Source: a virus (lineage: Duplodnaviria > Caudoviricetes). From it: a stretch of 64,000 nt of DNA. Below, one piece after another: positions 48,242 through 59,839 of the stretch (the first letter of the stretch is position 1; the number at the start of each line of letters is the position of its first letter). Below the pieces are notes generated by a model, which saw only the letters and a program-made list of their open reading frames with translations, did not search any database and was not told the DNA's origin. The DNA lies in IMG/VR virus record IMGVR_UViG_3300028048_000089, positions 1-64,000 of that record. One strand, written 5' to 3'. The translations under genes were made by a program, and so were the position numbers.

Positions 48242-49951
48242 TTAATAGTCATTAAGATTAAAAGATATGTCTAGACTTACACCTGTTGGATAACCATTAC
48301 CATCCCCAACTATAAAATATAAATAAGTACCTTCAACTCTCCAAGAAATTGAACCATCTGATGCAGAAGAGTTTGAAATAACATTTCCAACACAAGTTAA
48401 ATAATCACTAGGCGAAGTCATACAACCTGATGAAGAACCAACTATTTTTGCTAGGTTATTTAATGATATTCTATGCCATAACCAGCGGGACATGCTCTGA
48501 TTAGGGTTATTTAATTTAAGAGAAATGCGAACAGACTCCCCAACTCTTGACCAAGTAACATGTTTTCTAGCACCTGTATCTGCAAAAGCATTATTCCAGG
48601 TTGTTCCATTACCACTCTTAACGAAATCAGAATCAGTTATACTTTTAGCACCATGAGTAATTACACCTTTTGGGTCTCCTTTAAAAACTATCGTGCCACT
48701 ATCTGTTGATAAATTAATAGTGGCACTACCTAATTGAATTAAAGTTCCATTACCAGCTATCTCTGTGACACTACCTCCTATTGCAGTATACCCTGTAAGA
48801 TAAGGAGTAGCCACTGAAGCACTCAAATCAGTGCCAATATAAATATTAGTTGAAATTCCACTATACCCACCTAATATGATACTAGATGTAGCTTCCATAA
48901 ATATTTGAGAGCCCATTATATGGCTTAAATAAGCATTATTAATATAAGCACCTTTATAATATTTACTTGAAGTACCTAAATTATAAGTATTTGTAGCATT
49001 TGGATAAATACTGTGAGTATTAGCAGTACCATTTAAAGAAATATAACTACCTGCTTCTAAATTTAAAACACCAGTATAACCACCACCAATGATACCAGTA
49101 TCTGCTATAATATTTATGTCACCAGGATTAAGAATGTCGTTAACATATAAGGATTGAAATCTTGAACCTATAGAGCCTAAGTTATAAACATCATTTGCGT
49201 AGGGAAGTATATCTCCTTGAGTATAAATAGAACTAGCATATAAAGAAAGTGTTCCACTAGTACCTATAACCATCTGAGATGGTCCAAATATAGATTGAGT
49301 TATAATACCGTTGCTATAAGCCACTAATTCATTTGTTGCAATAAAACTAGCAGATATAGAATTAGCAGATATAGAACTAGCAGATAATGTATTAGTACTA
49401 AATGATTTAGTTATTGGGGTAGAAGAATTACCATTTTCAATTTGATTTGTTGAAATATTAAGTTGTGAACTTTCTTCAATTGCCCAAGCATTTGAAACTC
49501 TTTTAAATAATTTTAATTTATATGTAAAACCATCTTTACTATCATTTTTACCTAAGAAAGTTAAACCTTTAAAGTTTGTTGAATCATCTAAAGTTTCACC
49601 TGCACTACCACCATTAGGAGTTAGTGTTTTAACACTTGTACTTTCATATGCAGAACCAAAATCAGCAACATTAATACCTGCCCAAATTTCATCACCATTA
49701 GCAGGGTTTGTAAATAATGCTTGAATATCAGAAACATTTGCAACAAAATAATAACCGCCTAAAATGATATAAGCAATATTACCATCAACATAAAAATAAT
49801 CTTTATGTAAATATGTAACTTTATTTGCTATATTAACAAAATTTTCTTCAGTTGTTAAGAATGAACCTGGGTCAATTGCATGACCACTAGCATCTTGACC
49901 TCTAAATGCAGTTGGAAATACTTTAATTTTATTATTTGATAAAAATGCCAT
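48242..49951 (-). CDS. Tail fibre / receptor-binding protein
   Basis: G/S/T/N-rich; repeated IxPxxxxxYNLG fibre motifs; last gene of the baseplate cluster. Confidence 0.7.
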   Translation of the reverse strand: MAFLSNNKIKVFPTAFRGQDASGHAIDPGSFLTTEENFVNIANKVTYLHKDYFYVDGNIAYIILGGYYFVANVSDIQALFTNPANGDEIWAGINVADFGSAYESTSVKTLTPNGGSAGETLDDSTNFKGLTFLGKNDSKDGFTYKLKLFKRVSNAWAIEESSQLNISTNQIENGNSSTPITKSFSTNTLSASSISANSISASFIATNELVAYSNGIITQSIFGPSQMVIGTSGTLSLYASSIYTQGDILPYANDVYNLGSIGSRFQSLYVNDILNPGDINIIADTGIIGGGYTGVLNLEAGSYISLNGTANTHSIYPNATNTYNLGTSSKYYKGAYINNAYLSHIMGSQIFMEATSSIILGGYSGISTNIYIGTDLSASVATPYLTGYTAIGGSVTEIAGNGTLIQLGSATINLSTDSGTIVFKGDPKGVITHGAKSITDSDFVKSGNGTTWNNAFADTGARKHVTWSRVGESVRISLKLNNPNQSMSRWLWHRISLNNLAKIVGSSSGCMTSPSDYLTCVGNVISNSSASDGSISWRVEGTYLYFIVGDGNGYPTGVSLDISFNLNDY

Positions 49952-49987
49952 AATTATCTCCTATATCACTTAATTTAGCACTAATGC

Positions 49988-50524
49988 TTATTCACCGGTA
50001 ACAGTTGCATTACCTACTTGTAATTCCCACACAACAATAATGTTTGAATCTCTATCAATATCTTCATAACCAGTATCTACATAATACATAGCCATTGGTT
50101 TTGTTTGTTCAGTATAATTTTTATAATTATATAATACAAAATAATTAGGAACAATACCTTCTACAAAAACAGAGCCAGGAATTGTAAAAGTTAATTTTGC
50201 AGTACTTAGATTATTAGCAGTATCAGTTTCAATGCTAGATGAGCCTAAAGGAATTAATCCTGTTAAAGAATCGGCACTTGCTAATTCAGTTTCTGCAGAC
50301 TCCTCAGATGTAACATGAAATACCTGAATATATTTTGGAGATGAAGCAGACTCATATACACCAATTAAACAAGTAGCAATAAATTCAAATAATCTAAATG
50401 TACCATGATTATGTCCATTAATAACATCAATTACTTTATCATCTTTAACTAATTTAATTGTAACATTACCTGAATATGCTAATTGAAGATTGTTTTTATT
50501 TTGTTTCTTTTTTATCTTCTTCAT
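49988..50524 (-). CDS. Putative baseplate or fibre-attachment protein
   Basis: Position and beta-rich sequence. Confidence 0.45.
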   Translation of the reverse strand: MKKIKKKQNKNNLQLAYSGNVTIKLVKDDKVIDVINGHNHGTFRLFEFIATCLIGVYESASSPKYIQVFHVTSEESAETELASADSLTGLIPLGSSSIETDTANNLSTAKLTFTIPGSVFVEGIVPNYFVLYNYKNYTEQTKPMAMYYVDTGYEDIDRDSNIIVVWELQVGNATVTGE

Positions 50525-50527
50525 AAA

Positions 50528-51229
50528 CTATTCTCCTTCATCTTCATCATATGGCTCAATTTGCTTACCACTAGCAATCTTAGATGTATATGTTTGAGCA
50601 AAGCCTGTAGTAGTTTCAACTTTTTCTTTATCAATTGTAGAATCATCTGGTCTCTTAACATTGAATTGTGGTTTTGCAATTCTACCAACTAAGCCTTCTT
50701 TAACATTGAATGTTGTAAGAGTATCTCTCATTGAGATAGAATTCTTCAAAGCATCATTACTAGCACCATAAATAAATCTATAATCAAAACCAACAGGAAG
50801 AATATAATCAAATATATCTTCTAATAAAACTAAGTCTTTTAAACCATATGGAATATAAATATTCACAACATGATTATCACTATCAATTCTAACTTCAGTA
50901 TAGCCACTAATGTTTTGAGCATTCATTAAAGTATAAACTGCTCTTTCAATAGCATTCTTTGTACCTTTATTTCTAACTAAGTCAATAAACACATCACAAA
51001 CATTCTTTAAGTCTTGAGCATTATATTGATGTCTTGTTTCAAAACCAACTGTTTTTGCTAGTAAAGGAATTAATCTATCGTCAAGATTATTACTTGTTGG
51101 AGCACCTGTAATTAAGTCAGTGTTCATCTTTGCATAGTTAAAGATAATTTCAAAGGCTCTTCCGAGAAATTGAAAGTCTCTAGATTGATTGTAATATACT
51201 TCAGGAACTAGATTTTTTGTCTTAATCAT
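50528..51229 (-). CDS. Baseplate wedge protein (P2 gpI-like)
   Basis: LIPLLAKTVGF, RNKGTKNAIE, ILPVG. Confidence 0.65.
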   Translation of the reverse strand: MIKTKNLVPEVYYNQSRDFQFLGRAFEIIFNYAKMNTDLITGAPTSNNLDDRLIPLLAKTVGFETRHQYNAQDLKNVCDVFIDLVRNKGTKNAIERAVYTLMNAQNISGYTEVRIDSDNHVVNIYIPYGLKDLVLLEDIFDYILPVGFDYRFIYGASNDALKNSISMRDTLTTFNVKEGLVGRIAKPQFNVKRPDDSTIDKEKVETTTGFAQTYTSKIASGKQIEPYDEDEGE

Positions 51230-51240
51230 TGAAGTTTCTC

Positions 51241-54200
51241 CTATTGTCTAGAACTCTTTAACACATCAACATTACTAGTCTTAAAGTCAATTTGTGAGAT
51301 TGTAAATCTATTAGCAATATTATTTGCATCATAGAATGCATATGGAGACATTAAGTTTTCAGATTCAATTGCTTTAGCATTATCAATCTTGCAATTATAA
51401 TAGAACTTATCGTTCTCAAGTGCTTCCATTAAATCTTCTGTAAGAGATTGCTCAGTAACAGATGAATTATTAACAGCATCAGCAAATTCTTTAAGTGCTA
51501 ATTCTTTATTTAAACCAGAGATGAAATCAAGAGTTCCAATTGTAAGTGTACCAGAAACACCATTATTCTCAATAGTCATTCTCGCTTGACCACTTGTACT
51601 TGTTCTATGTAATTCAATAATATTAATACCTTCATTTAGGGCAACTGGTGAACCATAAGTTTCATCCGTATTATAATGTTTACCATTATATGGACCAGTA
51701 GCAAATTTTACTTGTGCAGTAGAACCACCAGTCTTGAATAAATAAATCATAATAAGACCAAATTCATCACTACCATCTCTAGAAATTAATGGTAAATCAA
51801 ATGTATAAGTAGTACCAGAAGTATCTTGACTATCTAATTTATATGTTGCATAACCTTCAAGATTTCTTAAAGGTGTTTGTGGCTCGTTATCCCCATCTAA
51901 TGCAACTTCATAGCAATACATAGTTACTGGATATGTAGGTACATTACCACTATCAGTTTTAACAGTAACAGAAGTATCAATTAAACCACCATCATTATGC
52001 ATTTCTGTATTAAGATTAAAGTTTTGTCCATTTGTATTTAAAATAACAGGATTACTAACTCCATCAAGAGTAAATGAAACTGATTGTCTTGTAGAAGTTG
52101 GTGTTTCAAGACCATCATTAATAATTTGAGACTCATCTCTTGTTACATTAACATGTAGTCTTGTTCTTGCTTTCCATCCACCTTCCGAAATGGATAAATT
52201 ATCAAGTGTTTCTGAAGGGTCACCATCAAAACCATAATGAATAATTACATCATCAGGAACAGGAGTTAGTTCATTACTATTAATAACAAAGGAAGAGATT
52301 GAACTACCTTCTTTAACAGTAATACTAAGTGTATCATCTTCAGTTAATGTTAATATATTATTTTCAACGATTGTAAATGGAGTAGTAGAAGAGAAACTAA
52401 GTGTTTTCCACTTATCTTTTAATGCTAACATACCCATTTCTAAAACATCAGATAAATCAACAACATCAGCAGTAATTGTTTCTAAATTTGTTAACTTTGA
52501 ACTTATCTTTGTACCGCTACCTAAAGTAACAAGTTGTGTTTCAGCTGCATCTGTATAGAAGAAGTATTCACCTTCTTTTAAGATTGCTTCACCGCCAGTT
52601 GTACTTGACCACTCATCACTTGTGAATAATCTATTTGTAGAGTTATTTCTTAACCAATAACATTTAGTCTTTTTATTTAAAATTACTTTATTGACTTTAG
52701 AAATTTCAATAGATTCTTGAGCAGTTAAAGCCCAGAAAAATTCTGTTTGGTTATTATTTTTAGTATTAACCTGTTTAAAAGCACTTCTGTTGTAAATAGA
52801 GTAATCACTTGATTGATATGTATTTGGAGTTGCAAACAAATCAAAACCAACAGGTTTAATGATTTGGCCCTCTACATACATTTCACATTTCCATGTATCA
52901 TTTTCAGTGAATCCCATATAAAGAATTTCACCTGCTTGTAATTGATAAATAGTATTTGCCTTAATAGGATTATTTACATCATGAATAGCACTAATAAATC
53001 TAAAATAACAATATGCAGGATAAGTTAATTCAGTAATAACATTTGGAGCAATAAATTGAACTGCTTCATTCTTATATAACGGAGTAGTAACATTTGGTGT
53101 TAATGTTAAATTAAGGTCAGTTTTAATGCTCTTAACATGTTCATTAATCATGTTCTTGCCTGAAATTTCTTTTTGACCTAATTCAAATTCAAATCTATCA
53201 TCATAATCAAATAGAGAAACATTGCCATTTAAAATATTCTTTGCTAAAATATCAACATAGAAATCAGAACCATCAACAGAAACTAAAGGAACTTCTAAAC
53301 CATTTCTCTTTAAAATATATGTAGTTAATTCAGGTTCCATTAAACTCACATAATTAATTCTCTTATCTGCTTTTTGAATGCTTTCAACTAAAGAATCATA
53401 AGGAATTTCATAACCATAATCAACTCTTCTAGCATTAAAGTCTTCAATTAATTGATGAATGACATTTGTATCAATTTCAACAACTTCATAAGCATTAACT
53501 TTATAATTAGTTGTTAATCTACCATCTAAAGATAATTTATTCTTGATAGCATAAATATCATTTGCTTCTAAAGTTTTATAGTCATGAGAAATTGTTTTAT
53601 TTTCTTCAATTGCTCTCTCAATTTCAGATGTAACTGTTTTACCTGCAGGAGTTAATGGCAAGAATGAGTTGTCATACACTTCTATATCAGAGTATGAGAA
53701 AATTGGTGCTAATGGATAGCAACATAATTGATAAGCATTTAATTTAGTTGCATCAGTAACATTAATTGTTGTTTCACCTAATTCATCATAAGAAACAACT
53801 CTCTTTGTATAGTTAATATCATTTCTTCTATCACTAACTTGAACATTAGAGACTAGCGGAAATACATCATCTGAATCATAAGCATTGTAAATAGCATTTG
53901 AATAATCCCTACAAGTTGTTAAAGTATTGAAAGTACCGATTGTCTTCTTGAAGTTATTATATGCTTCATTGATTGATTCAGGACTTGCACCATTAATTGT
54001 TGCACTGTAATTTCTAACATAAAGATTATCTTCTGCATTTTCATCAGCACCTTTTAATGAATTCCAGCTATCAGAGGTGGTACTATCTAAAGCATTAATT
54101 GTGTTAGCAGAAACATTACCATTATAACCATCAGTTAAGATATATCTCACATAGAGACCATTACCAATTAAAGATGCAATATCTTTTGGAAATTCAATGT

Positions 54201-54930
54201 AAGGAAGTTCTCTATTTGAATCATAACCAAATTTAAAACATCTAGTCATTGGTTCTACATCATTTAAAGTTTTTTCAACTCTCCAAAATTCACCTGTATA
54301 TGGATATTCTAAAATAAAGACACCATTTTGAGCAACATTTGTTTCTGGGAAATAGATTCTATTATTATCATCTAAATTACTTAATTGAATAAGTGGTTTA
54401 TTTTCATTTGTTGTAACATCACCACTTGTATTAACTTGTAATTCTCTTAAATAACCTTGCATGACAGGACATGTTTGAACATCATTTTGTTTACTTAAAG
54501 TACAATTTCTAGTTGCAATAAAAGAAATAGCAGTATCTTCATCTTTGCTTGTAAATACTGTTTCTAAAGCAGGAAAAGTAATTGGGGTATCTAACTCACC
54601 AACATAAGTTAAAGTAAGATTTGTGGTAGCAGCTACAAAATATTTCATTGAGTACCCAAGCATACCACAAAGTTTTCTCATTGAAGAATCTTGAGTACAA
54701 GAAGTAATAAAATCTTCTAAGATATTTTTATCAATGTTATAATTTAATTTATCTCCAATAAAAGCAACAAGTTTAGTTAAAACAACACCTGGGTCTGATT
54801 CATTAGAAGTTTCAGGGTCCCATCTATTGGTAAGATTTTGAATTTCTCTTACTAATTCTGGATAAATAGTTGCAAAATCTTTATCTATGTAACTTTTATT
54901 TGAAATTCTTAATTCTTCATTTGTAATCAT
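51241..54930 (-). CDS. Large baseplate wedge protein (T4 gp6 / P2 gpJ-like)
   Basis: SYIDKDF...W...ESDPG, LGY, GASPESI, TCRDY. Confidence 0.8.
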   Translation of the reverse strand: MITNEELRISNKSYIDKDFATIYPELVREIQNLTNRWDPETSNESDPGVVLTKLVAFIGDKLNYNIDKNILEDFITSCTQDSSMRKLCGMLGYSMKYFVAATTNLTLTYVGELDTPITFPALETVFTSKDEDTAISFIATRNCTLSKQNDVQTCPVMQGYLRELQVNTSGDVTTNENKPLIQLSNLDDNNRIYFPETNVAQNGVFILEYPYTGEFWRVEKTLNDVEPMTRCFKFGYDSNRELPYIEFPKDIASLIGNGLYVRYILTDGYNGNVSANTINALDSTTSDSWNSLKGADENAEDNLYVRNYSATINGASPESINEAYNNFKKTIGTFNTLTTCRDYSNAIYNAYDSDDVFPLVSNVQVSDRRNDINYTKRVVSYDELGETTINVTDATKLNAYQLCCYPLAPIFSYSDIEVYDNSFLPLTPAGKTVTSEIERAIEENKTISHDYKTLEANDIYAIKNKLSLDGRLTTNYKVNAYEVVEIDTNVIHQLIEDFNARRVDYGYEIPYDSLVESIQKADKRINYVSLMEPELTTYILKRNGLEVPLVSVDGSDFYVDILAKNILNGNVSLFDYDDRFEFELGQKEISGKNMINEHVKSIKTDLNLTLTPNVTTPLYKNEAVQFIAPNVITELTYPAYCYFRFISAIHDVNNPIKANTIYQLQAGEILYMGFTENDTWKCEMYVEGQIIKPVGFDLFATPNTYQSSDYSIYNRSAFKQVNTKNNNQTEFFWALTAQESIEISKVNKVILNKKTKCYWLRNNSTNRLFTSDEWSSTTGGEAILKEGEYFFYTDAAETQLVTLGSGTKISSKLTNLETITADVVDLSDVLEMGMLALKDKWKTLSFSSTTPFTIVENNILTLTEDDTLSITVKEGSSISSFVINSNELTPVPDDVIIHYGFDGDPSETLDNLSISEGGWKARTRLHVNVTRDESQIINDGLETPTSTRQSVSFTLDGVSNPVILNTNGQNFNLNTEMHNDGGLIDTSVTVKTDSGNVPTYPVTMYCYEVALDGDNEPQTPLRNLEGYATYKLDSQDTSGTTYTFDLPLISRDGSDEFGLIMIYLFKTGGSTAQVKFATGPYNGKHYNTDETYGSPVALNEGINIIELHRTSTSGQARMTIENNGVSGTLTIGTLDFISGLNKELALKEFADAVNNSSVTEQSLTEDLMEALENDKFYYNCKIDNAKAIESENLMSPYAFYDANNIANRFTISQIDFKTSNVDVLKSSRQ

Positions 54931-54936
54931 ATTCTA

Positions 54937-55311
54937 CTACCTTTCTTCATCTTTAAACAAAACAAGGTCATACATATTTGTTGTAAAGTCTAAATTATTA
55001 ATTGCTTTAAATTTAATAATAACATCTTTTCCTTGTTGCTCAATTTTAATATCTTTTCTTTGAACAGTAATTTGAGGTGCAAATGCTAATAATTGAGTAT
55101 ATATTTCATCAATCAAAATATCTCTCAACACATAATTATTTTGGTCAAATATAAATCTTTTCAACCTAATACCATAAAAAGGGTCTCCAAAAAGTTCACC
55201 CTTTTCGCATTGTAAAAGTAATCCAATATCTTGAAGAGATGCTTTATTAGAATCTCTTTCAATATTAGTACTACATTGATTAAACATGTGTGGAAACTTA
55301 ATTGAATTCAT
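54937..55311 (-). CDS. gp25-like baseplate protein
   Basis: GELFGDPFYGIRL...P. Confidence 0.8.
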   Translation of the reverse strand: MNSIKFPHMFNQCSTNIERDSNKASLQDIGLLLQCEKGELFGDPFYGIRLKRFIFDQNNYVLRDILIDEIYTQLLAFAPQITVQRKDIKIEQQGKDVIIKFKAINNLDFTTNMYDLVLFKDEER

Positions 55312-55362
55312 ATAATTTTCATTTTAAATTTTTAAAAATCTATCACTTAATTTAGCATCTTT

Positions 55363-55785
55363 TTATTTTAATCTATAGACATCCATTACAGATGAGGATG
55401 CTGTAATTGTTAATGGTACATTGCTTGTGTTACCTACTTTATCTATTGTAGTCGGAGATACAGAAATTCTTTGATTGTCTATAAGAACTTTGGTATATAA
55501 CCCTACAGGACCAGTTATACCTATTGAAGCTGTTGATATGCCAATAAACTGAGAATAATTAGTTATATGAAATGCTCCATAATACTTTGTACCATTAATG
55601 GTCACATAAGATGAAAAGCTTTTTAAATTAATAAAGTAAGTAACTCCATATTCTAAATCATATGTATCTGTATTTGTAGCTACTTTTGTGTAAGTAGAAT
55701 CAGCTACTATAGTTTGATTATCTATGTATTCTTTAATTGCTTCTAAAGAATGACCATCTAATAATTTATTTTCTATACTACCCAT
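55363..55785 (-). CDS. Putative fibre-associated protein
   Basis: 140 aa ORF after the spike/fibre gene. Confidence 0.45.
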   Translation of the reverse strand: MGSIENKLLDGHSLEAIKEYIDNQTIVADSTYTKVATNTDTYDLEYGVTYFINLKSFSSYVTINGTKYYGAFHITNYSQFIGISTASIGITGPVGLYTKVLIDNQRISVSPTTIDKVGNTSNVPLTITASSSVMDVYRLK

Positions 55786-55799
55786 AATTACCTCCTATA

Positions 55800-58205
55800 T
55801 TATGAAACACTGCTAGTGCCATTTAATATAGCTAATGCTTCTGCTTTTGTATATACACCGCTTAAAGTTCTATTACTTATTATTATAGTTGATGCATATA
55901 AACTACTTGCATGAAAAGAAGCAAAACTATTTGTACTTACCCAATTTTGAGTTGCTATTTCCTCACCATCATAATAAGCACCACCACCACTAGTATCAAT
56001 ATAAAGAGGTCCACCACCAGTAAGTAAATTTACATCACCATCATAGAAATTAAACCCTTGGAAATTTGTACCAGCTAATAAAAGCCCAATATTATTTCCA
56101 TATATATCTTCTGCATAAAAACTATTTGTTCCAAGATTAACATCTTTTGAAGCACCAGAATATGGAACATAATTCTCTGCTATACTAGAAGAAGTAGCAT
56201 ATTCAGATAAATTCATATTAATGACAGAACTATTACTAGCATTAGCTGTAAATGTACCGATAGTAGAACTATTTAATTGAATTGTTAATGTAGCATCATT
56301 AATTTGATTAACAGTTGCCACTTCATTACCATTATAAGTAAATTGGCCTACTGTTGTTAGAGCAATACCTGACCTACCATATTTACTAGTATTATTTATT
56401 TCAAAATACCCTGCAGTACCAATACCAAATGTTGTATATTCACCATCCCAATATAAATTAGCACCATCATTAGTATCTCCAATATAAACATTAGAAGTAT
56501 TTACTTCATCAGCATAAATAGCAAAGAATGGATTACTTCTATTACCAAGCATAGCATTATTTACACTTGGAATAATATTACCATAAAGACTTGTTGTGCC
56601 TGAAAGTAGAATATAATTATATAAGTCCGATTGTAATGCTAATACACCAGATTGACTTGGTAAAATAACCGATGCATTACTTGAGGTTGTAGAATTTGGT
56701 CCAAGAGTTGTGTAATGTTGGTTACTTCCATCACCTGTATAAAATAATATATGAGTAGATGAAGAAGATAAGCCTAAGTTAATAGCTTTATCAAAATCAA
56801 CAAAACCAGTTGCATGAAGCATTCCAGTTGTTAATTTTTTATTACCTAAATCAACAGCTTTTGTTGCACCACTATAAGGTACATAATTTGAATATAAATC
56901 TTTAATTACACCATAAGTGCTAGAAGTAGCATATGGAACATGAATTTCACTTACATTAGAACTAGATGCAATACTTAAACCACTATTAAATCTTGGTTCA
57001 TGGTAATAGTTTGACATAGCTATTTTAGAGTAATAATAATTATTACTACCTAAGTTATATACTTTTGCATATAATTCTTTATTAAATTCAACAAAATCTG
57101 GTGTGTATTCTGTTGCTGAAGATAAAACTGAATAAGTTCTATTTATAAGGTCTTTTGCTAAGTTATAATAATCGCTATCAAATTTATAATTAGAATCAGG
57201 TCCAAATATCGGAGTATTGTTTAAATATTTACCATAAATAGAGGTATTATAACCAACATCGGTATCTCCTAATTCTAATTGGTTTTCATCAGCATAATAT
57301 TGAGGTGAAACAGCAATAGGAATTAAATCCCTTGTACTTATAGTTAAAACCCCATTTTCATCTTTAAATCTAAAAGCATAGAAATAAGTATAAACTGTAG
57401 CTAAATAAAGATAATAATCAAACCCATCCATATGGACTATTTCTACTGGATAGCATTCTAAATCAAGTTCACTAAAGAATGGACCTCTAGGAATATCAAT
57501 TTTAGTATCCATGGCGATAACAATGTCTCTAAAATCAGATGTTAATGTATATACTTCACCCTCAACACCTGCAACATCCTCATTTGAGAATGTATGAATT
57601 GACATCTTTTTATTTAAAATATTTTGTAAATCAGTTTGATTACTTAAAGTACCTTGAATATCTCCCCAATTAACTGAAGCAGGACTATAAACAATAGGAT
57701 TACCAGTATTTGGAGTTAATGTTAAATTATTGCCAGAGACAGAAGCACTAACAAGATAATTGTCAGGTTCACCACCACCTCCACCAGACGCACTGATGAC
57801 ATTATTTTCAATTGTGATATTATTACCAGGAATTAATGTATCTTGCTTAGAATCAAATTTTCTAAATGCACTTAAAATTTCGGAGTAATCAACATCTCCA
57901 ATAGTTGTATTCTTAGGTAATCTAGCACTATTTTGTACATCAAGAGATTCTAAATTAGCATGACCTCTTGGTTCATTTTCATTTAAAGATAATTTACCTA
58001 AAATAACAACTTTCTCTGCTTGATGCTCTTCAAAGCCAACATAAACAACATCTCCTACTCTATATTCTTCAGAGATTGCTGGATTATCTGAAAGAGTTGC
58101 TATAATTTTACCTGTCCTAATACCTGCAGACTCTAAATAAGGCACTCTAACAGCATAAGTATTTGAATTGATTATTCTTTCTAAAATAATTGCTTTTGTA
58201 ATCAT
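55800..58205 (-). CDS. Baseplate spike (gpV/gp5-type OB fold) fused to fibre-like modules
   Basis: VRVP...GDVVYVGF...VILGKL, then KQDTL, WGDIQGTLSNQTDL and two YVPYSGA repeats. Confidence 0.65.
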   Translation of the reverse strand: MITKAIILERIINSNTYAVRVPYLESAGIRTGKIIATLSDNPAISEEYRVGDVVYVGFEEHQAEKVVILGKLSLNENEPRGHANLESLDVQNSARLPKNTTIGDVDYSEILSAFRKFDSKQDTLIPGNNITIENNVISASGGGGGEPDNYLVSASVSGNNLTLTPNTGNPIVYSPASVNWGDIQGTLSNQTDLQNILNKKMSIHTFSNEDVAGVEGEVYTLTSDFRDIVIAMDTKIDIPRGPFFSELDLECYPVEIVHMDGFDYYLYLATVYTYFYAFRFKDENGVLTISTRDLIPIAVSPQYYADENQLELGDTDVGYNTSIYGKYLNNTPIFGPDSNYKFDSDYYNLAKDLINRTYSVLSSATEYTPDFVEFNKELYAKVYNLGSNNYYYSKIAMSNYYHEPRFNSGLSIASSSNVSEIHVPYATSSTYGVIKDLYSNYVPYSGATKAVDLGNKKLTTGMLHATGFVDFDKAINLGLSSSSTHILFYTGDGSNQHYTTLGPNSTTSSNASVILPSQSGVLALQSDLYNYILLSGTTSLYGNIIPSVNNAMLGNRSNPFFAIYADEVNTSNVYIGDTNDGANLYWDGEYTTFGIGTAGYFEINNTSKYGRSGIALTTVGQFTYNGNEVATVNQINDATLTIQLNSSTIGTFTANASNSSVINMNLSEYATSSSIAENYVPYSGASKDVNLGTNSFYAEDIYGNNIGLLLAGTNFQGFNFYDGDVNLLTGGGPLYIDTSGGGAYYDGEEIATQNWVSTNSFASFHASSLYASTIIISNRTLSGVYTKAEALAILNGTSSVS

Positions 58206-58214
58206 TCAACTCTC

Positions 58215-59495
58215 CTAGATAAGTTCATCTAAGTCTTCTGCTTTATCAACTCTTAAAAGACTTAAAGTGGTTCTAAAACCATCATAGCCAACATTATCAA
58301 CTTGCTTTGTAACAACATATAGACCAGAACTAATATGTCTTCTTCCATAGAAATATACATTAAGTCTAATATGTGTCATAAGAATTGCAGGTCTTAATAA
58401 ACCTTTAATAGTAATTTTTGCTTTAATTGGAAATTCTGTTACTTTTGTCCACCAACTCTTTTCTGCCTCAGTAGCAACTCTATAAGCATTTGAACTTCCT
58501 AAAATTGGTGCATATACTTCTTCTAATTCACCTCTATCATTAATTCTTTGTACATATTGGTCTGTATTTAATTTTTCATAGAAATTATAGAAAATTGTAT
58601 AACCTTCATCATCTTCAACATCAAAACTTGTAACAATGTTTTGAGAAGGATAACCAATATCTAATTCATATGCTAAAGGCATATTTTTTGCATGTGTAAC
58701 ATAAACAATCTTAAAGAATGGTCCTTTAAATTTTCCACTAACATCATCTTCACATACTAATGAATACATACCATCTTTTGTCAAACTAGAAGATTTTGAT
58801 GCCTTCATGATATTAACTAAGTATAATAAGTACTCAATTGGTGAAATATTTGTTCTTGCTTCAACATCAACTTCAACATCAGTTTCAGGAATAAGACCTT
58901 CTTGTTCAACTAAACTTTTATCACTCATTCCATAAAAAACTTCTTGAAGTCCATAAGAACTATCATATAATAATTTTTTAATTAATGCACTTGCTTTATG
59001 TCTACCAACCCAGTCAGTACTTGTGAAACTAAAAGCACCAACACTTAATAATTTACCTGTACTTACAGCACTAACAACATAATCAATTTTAGAAGATGAT
59101 GCTGTCATTCTTTGTCTAACTTTAAGAATAATTGCTTCTTCATCTCTATAACAGAAAGTAGGTGCAGATAAATCACCATAACTAAATTTAATTTTTCTTG
59201 TTTTACTAACACTACTAAAAACTTTATAGAAGAAGTTAGGGTCATCTGCTTCTGTCACAGGATAAGATAAATTTAAAGTATATTTATTGACTACACCATT
59301 AATCTTTTCAATTGTTAATGATTGAACATAGTTTGGATATTTAATTTTATTGATTGTAAAAACACCACTAGCATCAAAACCATTAGTACTTACTTTATCA
59401 TACACACCAAAAGTATATTTACCAATTGTGATTTTGATAAATGGAGTTTCAACTCTACTTGTATTTGATAATAAGTTAATTGGTTTTGTTGCCAT
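58215..59495 (-). CDS. Baseplate hub (gp27/gpD-like)
   Basis: C-terminal SGLYVVTKQVDNVGYDGFRTTLSL; position in the cluster. Confidence 0.65.
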   Translation of the reverse strand: MATKPINLLSNTSRVETPFIKITIGKYTFGVYDKVSTNGFDASGVFTINKIKYPNYVQSLTIEKINGVVNKYTLNLSYPVTEADDPNFFYKVFSSVSKTRKIKFSYGDLSAPTFCYRDEEAIILKVRQRMTASSSKIDYVVSAVSTGKLLSVGAFSFTSTDWVGRHKASALIKKLLYDSSYGLQEVFYGMSDKSLVEQEGLIPETDVEVDVEARTNISPIEYLLYLVNIMKASKSSSLTKDGMYSLVCEDDVSGKFKGPFFKIVYVTHAKNMPLAYELDIGYPSQNIVTSFDVEDDEGYTIFYNFYEKLNTDQYVQRINDRGELEEVYAPILGSSNAYRVATEAEKSWWTKVTEFPIKAKITIKGLLRPAILMTHIRLNVYFYGRRHISSGLYVVTKQVDNVGYDGFRTTLSLLRVDKAEDLDELI

Positions 59496-59506
59496 TTAGT
59501 TTTCCT

Positions 59507-59830
59507 TTACACTTGTTTGAATGTGATATTACTTAAAGACGGAACTTTAAGTGTTTTATATTTACCAAATAATTTGATAAATGGGTCTTGAATCTTATTA
59601 TAGTCAGCAATAATCCAGAATAAGTCTGGTCTACCATAATAATGTTCTGCTAATGAATCTAAAGTGTCTGATTCTTTAATTTTATGAAGAACAAATGTTA
59701 CATTGTCATCTAATTGAGAAGTAATACCATAGATATATTTTTTATCTTTAGAATGATAATAGAATGGAAAGGCTGCATATCTAGAAATATAAGGATATGA
59801 TTTTTTTGATTTATCTTTTAATACATCCAT
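59507..59830 (-). CDS. LysM / tail X (gp53-like) baseplate protein
   Basis: DTLDSLAEHYYGRPDLFWIIADYN. Confidence 0.85.
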   Translation of the reverse strand: MDVLKDKSKKSYPYISRYAAFPFYYHSKDKKYIYGITSQLDDNVTFVLHKIKESDTLDSLAEHYYGRPDLFWIIADYNKIQDPFIKLFGKYKTLKVPSLSNITFKQV

Positions 59831-59839
59831 AATAGTCTC

